This document shows, in pieces, positions 9,859 through 19,556 of a stretch of DNA of 64,000 nt; positions within the stretch are counted from its first letter, which is position 1, and every line of letters starts with the position of its first letter. The stretch is from Oscillospiraceae bacterium (lineage in GTDB: Bacteria > Bacillota > Clostridia > Oscillospirales > Oscillospiraceae): NCBI GenBank assembly GCA_017436785.1, contig JAFSCK010000023.1, forward strand, positions 53,225 through 117,224. The letters run 5' to 3'. The notes under the pieces were generated by a model. The model was not told the origin of the DNA, searched no databases, and saw only the letters and a list, made by a program, of their open reading frames with translations. Made by a program: the position numbers and the translations under genes.

Positions 9859-9882
9859 TAATACCTGTTTCCGTCCATACTG
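9853..9882 (+). promoter_or_regulatory. SigF-type promoter of spoIIR
   Basis: GTATA-N15-GTCCATACTG; spoIIR is an established sigF target. Confidence 0.65.
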
Positions 9883-9911
9883 GAAGTATTTCGGTATGGA
9901 CGGTGTTTTTT

Positions 9912-10520
9912 ATGAAGAAAATCGTAAAAAGAATTGCCATATGCGGTATCCTATGGTGCTTTTTCTGGGCATGTGGGCTGATCATGGACCATTGTATTTT
10001 AAGGAATCAGCTGATCCGCATGCATGTGATTGCAAACTCTGACAGTAAGCAGGATCAGGACATAAAGCTTCAGGTGCGGGACGCAGTTCTGCATGGTATC
10101 CAGAAGGACTTAGAACAGCTTACGAATGTGGATACAGCAAAGCAGTATTTGCAGGAGAACTTGTCTAAAATTGAGAAGATGGCAAATGACGCGCTACATG
10201 CAGCTGGCTTTGATGGAACGTCCGTAGTTAGCTTATGCGAAGAGGCATTTCCGATTCGATACTATGAGACCTTTACGCTTCCAGCAGGTGTTTATGAGTC
10301 CTTAAAGATTGTAATCGGAGAGGGAGAAGGGAAGAACTGGTGGTGTGTCGCGTTTCCATCGTTGTGTATACCTGCTACAGCAGAGGCCTTTTCGGAGCAG
10401 GCAATGGAATCCGGCATGTCGAAGGAACTTAGCAACACGTTATCAGGAGAATCCGGATATGAGATACGGTTCTTTCTTTTAGATTTGCTGGGTAAAATAG
10501 AAAATCGATTGTTGGAATAA
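9912..10520 (+). CDS. spoIIR: Stage II sporulation protein R
   Basis: IRMHVIANSDS..DQ..KLQVRD and LPAGVYESL..IGEGEGKNWWCV. Confidence 0.93.
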   Translation: MKKIVKRIAICGILWCFFWACGLIMDHCILRNQLIRMHVIANSDSKQDQDIKLQVRDAVLHGIQKDLEQLTNVDTAKQYLQENLSKIEKMANDALHAAGFDGTSVVSLCEEAFPIRYYETFTLPAGVYESLKIVIGEGEGKNWWCVAFPSLCIPATAEAFSEQAMESGMSKELSNTLSGESGYEIRFFLLDLLGKIENRLLE

Positions 10521-10596
10521 ATTATACCCTATGCTTTGGACTGTTTTTGTGGTATTATTGAGAAAAAGTGAGAAAAATAAAGAGGGAGATCATATT

Positions 10597-13500
10597 ATGC
10601 TGCACTTGCTGCTGGGAACGGATTGGACGGCCAATCGGAATGTAATTTTAGAACGGATATCAGATGATGTGCGGCATCGAAAAGGGAACCGTGTTCTTAT
10701 CGTCCCGGAACTTATCAGCCACGAAACAGAACGCAGACTGTGTGCATCGGCTGGGGATACTGCCAGCCGGTATGCGGAGGTCCTTTCTTTTACGCGGCTG
10801 GCACGCCGGGTTTCCGATGCAGTAGGCAGCGCGGCTATGGAATGCTTGGATAATGGTGGTCGGGTCGTAGCTATGGCAGCTGCCGCCCGGCAGCTTACCA
10901 GCAGATTAAAAGCCTATGCTGCGGTAGAAACGAAGCCGGAATTTTTGACAGGCCTGATCGATGGAATTGATGAATTTAAACGGTGCTGCATCAGTGCGCA
11001 GGACCTAAGCAATGCCTCCAAGGAAACACAAGGCAGTCTTGCGCAAAAACTGGAAGAGCTCTCCCTTTTGATGGAAGGTTATGACAGTCTCTGCAGCCGC
11101 GGAAAGAGAGATCCCAGAGATCAGATGACATGGTTGCTGGAACAATTGGAAGAAGGTACATTTGGCGAAGAACATGTTTTTTACATAGATGGATTTCCTG
11201 ATTTTACAAGACAGAATTTAGCGGTAATTGCCCATTTGATTCGGGTCTCTCCTGAGATAACTGTGAGCTTAAACTGTGACCGCGTAGATTCTACCCTCCT
11301 GTCTTTTGAAAAAGCGGGAGCTACTGCGAAAGAAATCATTCAGCTTGCCAGAACCGCGGATGTGGAGGTGGAAATCGAATATATCCAGCCTATCAAAACG
11401 AAATTGACCACCATGCGGGAGAAGTTGTTTCAAGGCTATTTGGAAAAAGGCTCTTCTTTTGATGCAGTGCATGTATTTCGTGCAAATTCTCCCCATCAGG
11501 AGTGCTTGGCGGCAGCGCAGCATGTGCAGAAATTGGTGGAAGCTGGCTTTCGTTACCGGGATATCACACTGGTATGTACGGATATGACGGTTTACCAGCC
11601 TTTGGTCAATCTGGTTTTTCACAGGTTTCGTATTCCGGTGTATCAATCCGGAACAGAAGAAATTCTGCAAAAGAGTGTAATCAGCACAGTTTTAACGGCA
11701 CTGGATGCTGCACTCAGTGGGTTTGAACAGAAAAATGTGCTTCGCTATTTGCGTTCTGCGCTGTCACCTCTGGCCCCGGACGATTGTGATTTAGTCGAGA
11801 ATTATGCAATTATCTGGGGGATCCGCGGTCAAAAGTGGGTCAATAGCTGGGAAAATCATCCGGATGGCCTTAGTGGGCAATGGGATGAAAACGCCTGTTT
11901 GCGTATCGCCCAAATCGAACAGGCGAGACTGCAGGCCCTGACGCCGCTTCATAATCTGCAAAAGGGTTTCCGGGACGCAAAGAATCTGTGCGGTCAAGTT
12001 GCTGCATTATACCGCTTTCTGGAAGAGATCCAAATGGAGCAGAGACTGGCAGATCTGGCGAGTAAGATGGATCTCGCTGGAGATAATCGCAGTGCGCAGA
12101 TTTTAAATCAGCTTTGGGAGATTTTATTATCTGCGTTGGAGCAGATGTACGATGTGCTGGGAGAATCCTACTGGGAGGATGAGCATTTCTCCAGATTATT
12201 CCGCTTGCTGTTGAGCCAGTATGATGTAGGAACCATACCACCGGTGTTAGATGCGGTGCAGATGGGTCCAATTTCTGCAATGCGCTGTCATCAGGAAAAG
12301 CATCTGATCGTATTGGGGGCCGAAGAGGGAAAGCTACCCGGCTATACCGGTTCAGCAGGTGTTTTGACAGATCAGGAGCGGGTCGAGCTGAGAGAATTGG
12401 GTGTTCCTCTGACAGGCGGCGCAATGGAAGGTATTCAGGCAGAATTTGCGGAAATATATGGTGTTTTCTGCGGAGCAACAGAAACGGTCAGTGTCTTTTA
12501 TTCAGGAGAGCAGCCATCCTTTGTGTGCCGCCGTCTTGCACAGCTGGCGGGAGGAGAAGCAACGGTAGCTGATGCGACGCAGCTTGCCTGTGCAGATCCT
12601 TTTGAGGCTGGTGCATATCTGGCGCATTGGAAAAACGAAGAGCTTGCGCAGACACTTGGGTTGGGGGATGTGTACAATGATATCCGGTCACGATCAGAAT
12701 ACACCCTGGGAAAGGTGAATGCAGATACCATTCAAAAGCTGTATGGAAAAACACTGAATTTATCTGCATCACAAATCGACCGACAGGCAGAGTGTCGTCT
12801 GTCCTACTTCTTAAAATACGGACTTCGGGCACAGGAGCGAAAGGAAGCGCAGGTCGATCCGGCAGAATTTGGTACTTATGTTCATGCAGTTCTGGAAAAT
12901 ACAGCCCGTTGCATACGGGATATGGGTGGTTTTTCCAAGGTATCGCTGGAAGAAACGTTAGAAATTGCCCACAGATTTAGTGAGGAATACGCTGCAGAAC
13001 GCTTCAGCCAATTGGATTCCCAACGGATGACCTATCTTTTCCACAGAAATATGCGGGAATTAGATATGGTCGTACAGGAACTTTGGACAGAATTAAAAGA
13101 CTCCCTATTTGCACCGATTGATTTTGAAGTGGGCTTTGGCACAGGGGAAGGGCTGCCGCCGATCGCAATTCCCAATAACAGTATCAACGCAATTCTTCGG
13201 GGATTTGTAGACCGGGTGGATATATGGAACACTTCCGGAAGCAGCTACTATCGCGTGGTAGATTACAAGACGGGTAAGAAGGACTTTGATTACTGCGATG
13301 TTTTTAACGGCGTAGGTCTGCAAATGCTGCTGTATATGTTTGCTCTGCGCAGCAGCGGTGATGAAATGTTGGGGCCGCGTCCAATTCCGGCTGGTGTCCA
13401 GTATTTCCCGGCCCGGGTTCCCTATGTATCAGCAGATGGTAAACTGGATGAGATACAGGCTGATAAGGAACGCAATGCTCAATGGAAGCGGCGCGGATTG

Positions 13501-13854
13501 CTTCTTCGAGATGAAGCAGTGCTACAGGCAATGGAGCCGGGTGAAACGCCCCGCAGAATGTGCTATTCCGTGAAAAAGGACGGTTCCTTAAGCGGAGACT
13601 TGGCAGACAGAGAACAGCTGAAGCTGCTGGAAAAATATGTTTTCCATATTTTATCGGAGCTGGTGGAGGATATTGCCTCCGGCAATGTGGAGCCAAACCC
13701 TTATACCAGAGGAAGCAGTCATAATGCCTGTGCTTTTTGTCCTTATGGAAGTATCTGTCATAAGGAAAACGTTTCGGGACGGCGAAATTATAAGGCAATG
13801 AAGGCGGAGCGATTCTGGGAGGAGATTGAAAAGGAGATGTCGCGTCATGGCTGA
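10597..13854 (+). CDS. addB: ATP-dependent helicase/nuclease subunit B
   Basis: C-terminal PD-(D/E)XK motif (GFVDRVD..VVDYKTG), Fe-S cysteines CAFCPYGSIC; overlaps addA. Confidence 0.9.
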   Translation: MLHLLLGTDWTANRNVILERISDDVRHRKGNRVLIVPELISHETERRLCASAGDTASRYAEVLSFTRLARRVSDAVGSAAMECLDNGGRVVAMAAAARQLTSRLKAYAAVETKPEFLTGLIDGIDEFKRCCISAQDLSNASKETQGSLAQKLEELSLLMEGYDSLCSRGKRDPRDQMTWLLEQLEEGTFGEEHVFYIDGFPDFTRQNLAVIAHLIRVSPEITVSLNCDRVDSTLLSFEKAGATAKEIIQLARTADVEVEIEYIQPIKTKLTTMREKLFQGYLEKGSSFDAVHVFRANSPHQECLAAAQHVQKLVEAGFRYRDITLVCTDMTVYQPLVNLVFHRFRIPVYQSGTEEILQKSVISTVLTALDAALSGFEQKNVLRYLRSALSPLAPDDCDLVENYAIIWGIRGQKWVNSWENHPDGLSGQWDENACLRIAQIEQARLQALTPLHNLQKGFRDAKNLCGQVAALYRFLEEIQMEQRLADLASKMDLAGDNRSAQILNQLWEILLSALEQMYDVLGESYWEDEHFSRLFRLLLSQYDVGTIPPVLDAVQMGPISAMRCHQEKHLIVLGAEEGKLPGYTGSAGVLTDQERVELRELGVPLTGGAMEGIQAEFAEIYGVFCGATETVSVFYSGEQPSFVCRRLAQLAGGEATVADATQLACADPFEAGAYLAHWKNEELAQTLGLGDVYNDIRSRSEYTLGKVNADTIQKLYGKTLNLSASQIDRQAECRLSYFLKYGLRAQERKEAQVDPAEFGTYVHAVLENTARCIRDMGGFSKVSLEETLEIAHRFSEEYAAERFSQLDSQRMTYLFHRNMRELDMVVQELWTELKDSLFAPIDFEVGFGTGEGLPPIAIPNNSINAILRGFVDRVDIWNTSGSSYYRVVDYKTGKKDFDYCDVFNGVGLQMLLYMFALRSSGDEMLGPRPIPAGVQYFPARVPYVSADGKLDEIQADKERNAQWKRRGLLLRDEAVLQAMEPGETPRRMCYSVKKDGSLSGDLADREQLKLLEKYVFHILSELVEDIASGNVEPNPYTRGSSHNACAFCPYGSICHKENVSGRRNYKAMKAERFWEEIEKEMSRHG

Positions 13855-16800
13855 TAAATTAACACCCCAGCAGGAGCAGGCGGTATTCAACCGTGGGGGG
13901 AATCTTCTTGTCTCCGCGGCTGCCGGTTCCGGTAAAACGAAGGTTCTGGTTGACCGACTGCTAACTTACCTGACAGATCCGATAAATCCTGCAAATCTGG
14001 ATGAGTTTCTTATCATTACTTATACAAAAGCAGCGGCATCAGAGCTTCGCGGAAAAATCGCAGCCAAATTGTCTGAACGGATCGCGGCAGTACCGGAAAA
14101 TATGCATCTTCAGAAGCAGATGCAAAGGCTGTTCCTGACAAAAATATCTACAGTCCATGGCTTCTGCGGTGATCTGCTGCGGGAATATGCATACCAGCTG
14201 AACATCCCTGTAGATTTCCGAATCGGCGATGAGAGCGAATGCAGAGAAATTCGGGACACCGTATTGTCCGACCTTTTGGATCGGGCCTATGAGCAGGAGC
14301 ATGCTGAAGATTTTCACGCCTTTGTGGATACACAGGGACTTGGCCGGGATGATCGGCTGGTGCCGCAAATCATAGAAAAAGTTTATGACAGTGCGCGGTG
14401 TCATCTGGATCCAGAGGCTTGGCTGCAAAGCTGCCTTGAAGCGGCGCAGGTAGAACATGTCCAAGATGTGTCAGAAACTGTCTGGGGCCGCTATTTGATG
14501 GAGGATCTGCAGGCATATTTGGAACAACACATACGCATTCTGGAGCAATGCGCCGGTGCTTTGGAACGAAGTGACGGGTTGGAAAAGCCTGCAATGAATA
14601 TCCGAGCAACCATTGCACAGCTGAAGGAACTTCAGACGGCACAGACATGGGATGAGATCGTTCAAAAAAGGTCGATAGACTATGGCCGTTTGACGTTTCC
14701 CAAGAAAACCGGAGATGCGGAACTTTGCGACCGAGTCAAAATGGCAAGAAATAGCTGTAAAGAAGGTCTTTCAAAGAAACTTAGCGGCTTTACGGACAAA
14801 TCGTCCTCTGTTTTGCAGGACCTTATGCAGTCTGCAGCCGGGGTACGCGGACTGATTTTGTTGGTACATCAGTTTGATAGGGATTATTCTGCCGCCAAAC
14901 GCAGCCGAAGAATGCTGGATTTCAGCGATTTGGAGCATAAGACCCTTGACTTGCTGCTGGGTAAGAACCGCAGTCATCCTACAGTGGCAGCGAATGAAAT
15001 TGGACAGCGGTATCGTGAGATCCTTGTAGATGAGTATCAGGATTCCAACGGTGTGCAGGATAAGATTTTTGAAGCGCTGACTTGGGAAAGACAGAATTGT
15101 TTCCTTGTTGGAGATGTAAAGCAATCCATTTATCAGTTCCGGTTGGCAGATCCGGGAATCTTTTTGCAAAAGTACCACCAGTATGTATCTGCGGAGGATG
15201 CAGCTGCGGGACAGGGCCGAAAAGTACTGCTAAGTCATAATTTCCGCTCCGGACCGGAAGTCATCGATGCGGTCAATCACGTATTTTCTGCCTGCATGCG
15301 TCCTGAAGTGGGTGGATTATATTATGGGGACGCAGAAGCCTTGCGAGAGGGTGTTGCACATGAAGTGCTGAAGGATACTGCTGTAGAGCTGTATGGCGTG
15401 GATGTGCAGGAGGAAACCTACCCGGAGGAAGCTGCGTTTGTTGCAGAACGGATTCATCAAATGCTGTCGGAGGGTGTTCTGGTTCGCAAAAATGGAGGAA
15501 TGCAGCCGGTAAAACCGGAGGATATTGTGATCTTACTTCGTTCTCCGGGCAGTGCGGCTATGTATTTTCAAAGCGCTTTAGAAGCCAGAGGAATCCGCTG
15601 TGCATCCGGAAGCGGAACAGATCTTTTGAAGACGGAGGAAATCAGTACGTTCCGGGCGCTTTTAAAAACGATTATGAATCCGAGACAGGATATTCCTCTG
15701 CTTAGCACGTTGGCAAGTCCTGTTTTTGGTTTTACAGCCGAAGATATTGCAGTGATTCGCAGCAGGAAGAAAAAAGGATTTATCTATGATGCGTTGACAG
15801 CGAGTGAGCATCCGAAAGCTACAGCATTTTTGCGTACTTTGGATCAATTGAGGGCATGCGCCAGAATGGATACATTGACAAATCTATTGGAGCAATGTCT
15901 TACGCTGACACGCTTAGACAGCATTTATAGTGCGATGTCGGACGGAGAAACAAAAAGTGGGAACCTACAGACCTTCTTCCGGTTAGCCTCCGATTTTGAA
16001 AAGGGAAACCTTCGGGACCTTTCCCAGTTTTTAGACCATCTGGATGCGCTGGAGGAGCGGGGATTGGTCGGCACGGAGACTGCGAATGCTGGATGTATTA
16101 CAATTATGAGCATCCATAAGTCAAAAGGCCTGGAGTTTCCTGTAGTTTTCCTATGTAATCTTTCTAGAAAGTTTAATTTGGAGAGTGCTCGCGCACAGAT
16201 TTTGTGCGATAAGGAATTAGGCCTTGGTTTATCGGTTGCAGACACTGTCAATCGCGTTCGCTATCCGTCCCTAGCCAAGCGTGCCATTGGGGCAAAAATG
16301 ATATCCGAGAGCATTTCGGAGGAAATGCGGGTACTCTATGTGGCAATGACGCGGGCGAGAGACCGGCTTATCATGACCTATGCATCCCAGACGCTGCAAA
16401 AGGATCTGGAAGAGTTGGCGCTTCGTCAAGACTTTGATGATGGTGCGCTTCTATGTACGGAAGCGTTATGCATGGGCGATTGGGTCCTCTTAGCAGCGCT
16501 TCGACGGACAGAAGCGGGAACGCTCCATGTCCTCGGTGGGAAACCGGATCAGACGCAGATCGGTGCATTCCCTTGGAAGATCCAAGTGGTAGAGGCTCCT
16601 GTACAAATGGCCACGGCAGAGCTGCAAGCCGTTGCGCCGAGGATGCCGGATGATATGGAAAATCGTCTTCGCCGCGCCCTTTCCTTCCGGTATGCTCATG
16701 AATCAGCGACAAGGACCCCCTCCAAGCGTACTGCAACAGACCGTAAAGGGCGAATCAAAGACATGGAGGCTGCAGAGCGTGCTCCTGAACCGCAGACAGT

Positions 16801-17350
16801 GAACCGACTATGGAGAAAGCCCGCCTTCTTATCTAAGCAAATAGATGGAAAGGCCTATGGTAATGCGGTACATGCTGCGATGCAATACATTTGCTATAAA
16901 AACTGTAGCGCTCCCGCTGATGTTTCTTTGGAGATCCAACGTCTGATCGATAATGGTTTTCTCTCTGAAGAACAAGGAAATATGGTCAATGCCGAAGATA
17001 TTGCGAAATTCTTTGCCTCAGAAATTGGCGGGAAGCTCCAAAAGGATGTGCCACATCTTCGTGAGTTTAAATTCTCGATTCTAGACGAGGGAAACCGTTA
17101 TGGAGAGAATCTTGAAGGAGAGCAGGTGCTTTTGCAAGGTGTTGTTGACTGTGCGCTGGTGGAACCGGATGGAATTACGATTATAGATTTTAAGACAGAT
17201 CATGTTACGAATGCGACACTTCAAAGTGCAGCAGAACGTTATCGCGATCAGTTGGAAACTTACGCAGAAGCAATGAGCCGAATTTTTGAAATGCCGGTCA
17301 AAGCAAAATACCTTTATTTCTTCCAGCTGGATCAGTTTGTAAAGATTTAA
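13847..17350 (+). CDS. addA: ATP-dependent helicase/nuclease subunit A
   Basis: VSAAAGSGKT, VDEYQD, VGDVKQSIYQFR, SIHKSKGLEF, QGVVD..IIDFKTD. Confidence 0.95.
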   Translation: MADKLTPQQEQAVFNRGGNLLVSAAAGSGKTKVLVDRLLTYLTDPINPANLDEFLIITYTKAAASELRGKIAAKLSERIAAVPENMHLQKQMQRLFLTKISTVHGFCGDLLREYAYQLNIPVDFRIGDESECREIRDTVLSDLLDRAYEQEHAEDFHAFVDTQGLGRDDRLVPQIIEKVYDSARCHLDPEAWLQSCLEAAQVEHVQDVSETVWGRYLMEDLQAYLEQHIRILEQCAGALERSDGLEKPAMNIRATIAQLKELQTAQTWDEIVQKRSIDYGRLTFPKKTGDAELCDRVKMARNSCKEGLSKKLSGFTDKSSSVLQDLMQSAAGVRGLILLVHQFDRDYSAAKRSRRMLDFSDLEHKTLDLLLGKNRSHPTVAANEIGQRYREILVDEYQDSNGVQDKIFEALTWERQNCFLVGDVKQSIYQFRLADPGIFLQKYHQYVSAEDAAAGQGRKVLLSHNFRSGPEVIDAVNHVFSACMRPEVGGLYYGDAEALREGVAHEVLKDTAVELYGVDVQEETYPEEAAFVAERIHQMLSEGVLVRKNGGMQPVKPEDIVILLRSPGSAAMYFQSALEARGIRCASGSGTDLLKTEEISTFRALLKTIMNPRQDIPLLSTLASPVFGFTAEDIAVIRSRKKKGFIYDALTASEHPKATAFLRTLDQLRACARMDTLTNLLEQCLTLTRLDSIYSAMSDGETKSGNLQTFFRLASDFEKGNLRDLSQFLDHLDALEERGLVGTETANAGCITIMSIHKSKGLEFPVVFLCNLSRKFNLESARAQILCDKELGLGLSVADTVNRVRYPSLAKRAIGAKMISESISEEMRVLYVAMTRARDRLIMTYASQTLQKDLEELALRQDFDDGALLCTEALCMGDWVLLAALRRTEAGTLHVLGGKPDQTQIGAFPWKIQVVEAPVQMATAELQAVAPRMPDDMENRLRRALSFRYAHESATRTPSKRTATDRKGRIKDMEAAERAPEPQTVNRLWRKPAFLSKQIDGKAYGNAVHAAMQYICYKNCSAPADVSLEIQRLIDNGFLSEEQGNMVNAEDIAKFFASEIGGKLQKDVPHLREFKFSILDEGNRYGENLEGEQVLLQGVVDCALVEPDGITIIDFKTDHVTNATLQSAAERYRDQLETYAEAMSRIFEMPVKAKYLYFFQLDQFVKI

Positions 17351-17352
17351 TT

Positions 17353-17388
17353 AAAATGGGCATCCTTCCGAAAGAGGATGCCCATTTT
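17353..17388. terminator. Bidirectional terminator
   Basis: AAAATGGGCATCCT/AGGATGCCCATTTT between addA and the small N/Q ORF. Confidence 0.8.
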
Positions 17389-17389
17389 G

Positions 17390-17497
17390 TTAGCGACGGT
17401 TCTGGTTGCTGTTCTGATTCTGGTTGTTCTGGTTGCTGTTCTGGTTACGGCTGTTCTGGTTGTTGTTCTGATTGCTGTTCTTGTTCTGGTTATTCAT
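17390..17497 (-). CDS. 35-aa Asn/Gln-rich micropeptide MNNQNKNSNQNNNQNSRNQNSNQNNQNQNSNQNRR
   Basis: AAGGAG RBS, ATG to TAA in frame, stop abuts the terminator; AACCAGAAC repeats. Confidence 0.75.
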   Translation of the reverse strand: MNNQNKNSNQNNNQNSRNQNSNQNNQNQNSNQNRR

Positions 17498-17556
17498 AGA
17501 TAAAACTCCTTGCTTTTTCTTGCGGTTTTACCCGCTATCCTAGTTTGCCCCAAATT

Positions 17557-17913
17557 TCAGGATTTATCCTTGGCTTTAAATAAGACACCTGCAACTAAGC
17601 CAGCTAAAATGGCAGCTGTGATTCCACCGGCAGAAGCCTTTAATCCTCCGGAGAAGATTCCCAGAAAGCCATCTTTTTGGACAGCTTCTTTTACACCCTT
17701 TGCAAGTGTGTTTCCGAAGCCTGTCAGAGGAACGGTTGCTCCAGCTGCGGCAAAATCTACAAGCTTCGGATATAGACCAATAGCACCTAAAAGAACACCG
17801 ATCACAACATAGCTGACAAGAATCCTTGCCGGAGTAAGCTTTGTTTTATCGATCAAAAGCTGACCAATCAGGCAGAGGCTTCCTCCTACGAAAAACGCTT
17901 TGATATAATCCAT
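17557..17913 (-). CDS. spoVAE: Stage V sporulation protein AE
   Basis: MDYIKAFFVGG..IGQLLIDKTKLTPARILV..AGATVPLTGFG. Confidence 0.9.
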   Translation of the reverse strand: MDYIKAFFVGGSLCLIGQLLIDKTKLTPARILVSYVVIGVLLGAIGLYPKLVDFAAAGATVPLTGFGNTLAKGVKEAVQKDGFLGIFSGGLKASAGGITAAILAGLVAGVLFKAKDKS

Positions 17914-17914
17914 C

Positions 17915-18931
17915 TTATCGTCCTCCTGCAATGCTTACTGCATGACAGACACCGGGAATGGGGAGACCCTGCTGGGTGGAGGTAGGGGAGAGCAGCGCGC
18001 CGGTTCCGCAGAATAGGATCTTTTTCAGCTTCCCGGAGTTCAGCTGCTCCAGCAGATAACCGCATAATGTTATGGCACTGCAGCCGCAACCGGATCCTCC
18101 AGCGTGTACGTCTTGCGTAGTGTTATCAAAAATTAGTGTTCCACAATCGGATATTTTTCCGCCTATGGAGATGCCGTCTTTTCTCATCAATTCCAGTAAT
18201 ACTTCTTTTCCAAGCTGCCCCAAATCTCCGGTGACGATCAAATCGAAATCTTTGGGGCCTGTATTTAGATCCCGAAAATGGGCTTTTATCGTTTCTGCCG
18301 CTGCAGGCGCCATGGCTGCGCCCATGTTATTGGCATCCTTGATACCCAGATCTGTAACGGTTCCGATGGTACATGCCGTTATTTTTGGGCCCTTACCACG
18401 GGAACAGACCAGTGCAGCGCCGGAGCCGGTGACAGTCCATTGAGAGGTAGGGGTTCGCTGACCGCCATAGCCTAGAGGAAAGCGATACTGGCGTTCAGAG
18501 GAGGCAAAATGAGAGGAGGTCATTGCCACTACCCGGTCTGCAAAGCCTCCACCTACTGTCATGGAGGCCATCAGAAGACTTTCTGCCATAGTAGAGCAAG
18601 CTCCGTATAATCCCAAATGAGGAATACCGGTATTGCATAGAGAGAAGGAGGAACCGATACACTGGTTTAAGAGGTCTCCGGAAAACACAAGATCAAAGTC
18701 TGCTTGCAATAGTCCTGCTTTGGATGCCAATTTTTCTATTGCAAGCTGCTGCATACGTTTTTCAGCCTGTTCCCATGTTTTCTGCCCAAAATACGTGTCC
18801 CGGCATTTCACATCAAAGGTGTGTGACAGAGGACCTTCCACTTCTTTTTTTCCCGCGATACTGGCCCAAGCGGTAATGATGGGTGGATTTTCCAATACGA
18901 AGCTTTGCCGTCCCCGTTTATGAACTGCCAT
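17915..18931 (-). CDS. spoVAD: Stage V sporulation protein AD
   Basis: GDLLNQC, GLYGACSTM, ERQYRFPLGYGGQR, AGGSGCGCS. Confidence 0.95.
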   Translation of the reverse strand: MAVHKRGRQSFVLENPPIITAWASIAGKKEVEGPLSHTFDVKCRDTYFGQKTWEQAEKRMQQLAIEKLASKAGLLQADFDLVFSGDLLNQCIGSSFSLCNTGIPHLGLYGACSTMAESLLMASMTVGGGFADRVVAMTSSHFASSERQYRFPLGYGGQRTPTSQWTVTGSGAALVCSRGKGPKITACTIGTVTDLGIKDANNMGAAMAPAAAETIKAHFRDLNTGPKDFDLIVTGDLGQLGKEVLLELMRKDGISIGGKISDCGTLIFDNTTQDVHAGGSGCGCSAITLCGYLLEQLNSGKLKKILFCGTGALLSPTSTQQGLPIPGVCHAVSIAGGR

Positions 18932-18958
18932 AGAGGTACCATCCTTTCCATTTTCCGA

Positions 18959-18988
18959 TAGTATGCGTAATAGTTGCAAGTTCCATTC
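18959..18988 (-). promoter_or_regulatory. SigG-type promoter of spoVAD
   Basis: GAATG-N18-CATACTA matches the sigG consensus. Confidence 0.7.
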
Positions 18989-19023
18989 GGATGCTTTATA
19001 ATATTCAAGAAAGGGGAGATAAG

Positions 19024-19515
19024 ATGGAATATCAGGTTAGAAATGCATTCATGGAAGATTTGGAACGGGTTCAGGAGATATATGCCTATGCCAGAGCATT
19101 CATGAGAAAAACGGGGAATCCAAACCAGTGGAGCAACAATCATCCGCCCTTGGAACAACTGCAGGAGGATGTTCAGAACAGAGATCTGTATGTCATTTGC
19201 CGGAATGGCATCATTCACGGTGTCTTCTATTTCTTTATTGGAGAGGACCCAACCTACGGGAGGATCGATGGAGGCTGCTGGCGCAGTGATTCTGATTATG
19301 GTACGATCCATAGGATCGCCGGCGATGGCTCCGGTGGCATCCTGAAGACAGCAGTTGCTTTTGCAAAACAGCAGATTTTCCATATTCGGATCGATACACA
19401 CGAAGATAATCACGTGATGCAGCATGCAGTGGCAAAGGAAGGCTTTCAAAAACGTGGAATCATTTACATAGCAGATGGCTCTCCCAGAATTGCTTATGAT
19501 CTGCTGACAGAATAA
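19024..19515 (+). CDS. GNAT family N-acetyltransferase
   Basis: GNPNQW, YGTIHRIA, RIDTHEDN..MQ..GFQKRG. Confidence 0.85.
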   Translation: MEYQVRNAFMEDLERVQEIYAYARAFMRKTGNPNQWSNNHPPLEQLQEDVQNRDLYVICRNGIIHGVFYFFIGEDPTYGRIDGGCWRSDSDYGTIHRIAGDGSGGILKTAVAFAKQQIFHIRIDTHEDNHVMQHAVAKEGFQKRGIIYIADGSPRIAYDLLTE

Positions 19516-19556
19516 AAATCAGGTGGCACTCTGTAAGGAATGCCACCTGTTATTTT

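Noticed and set aside
17390-17497. Short tandem repeats as a possible CRISPR array
   Set aside because: Codon-level repeats with no spacers; no repeat-spacer array or cas gene seen anywhere in the window
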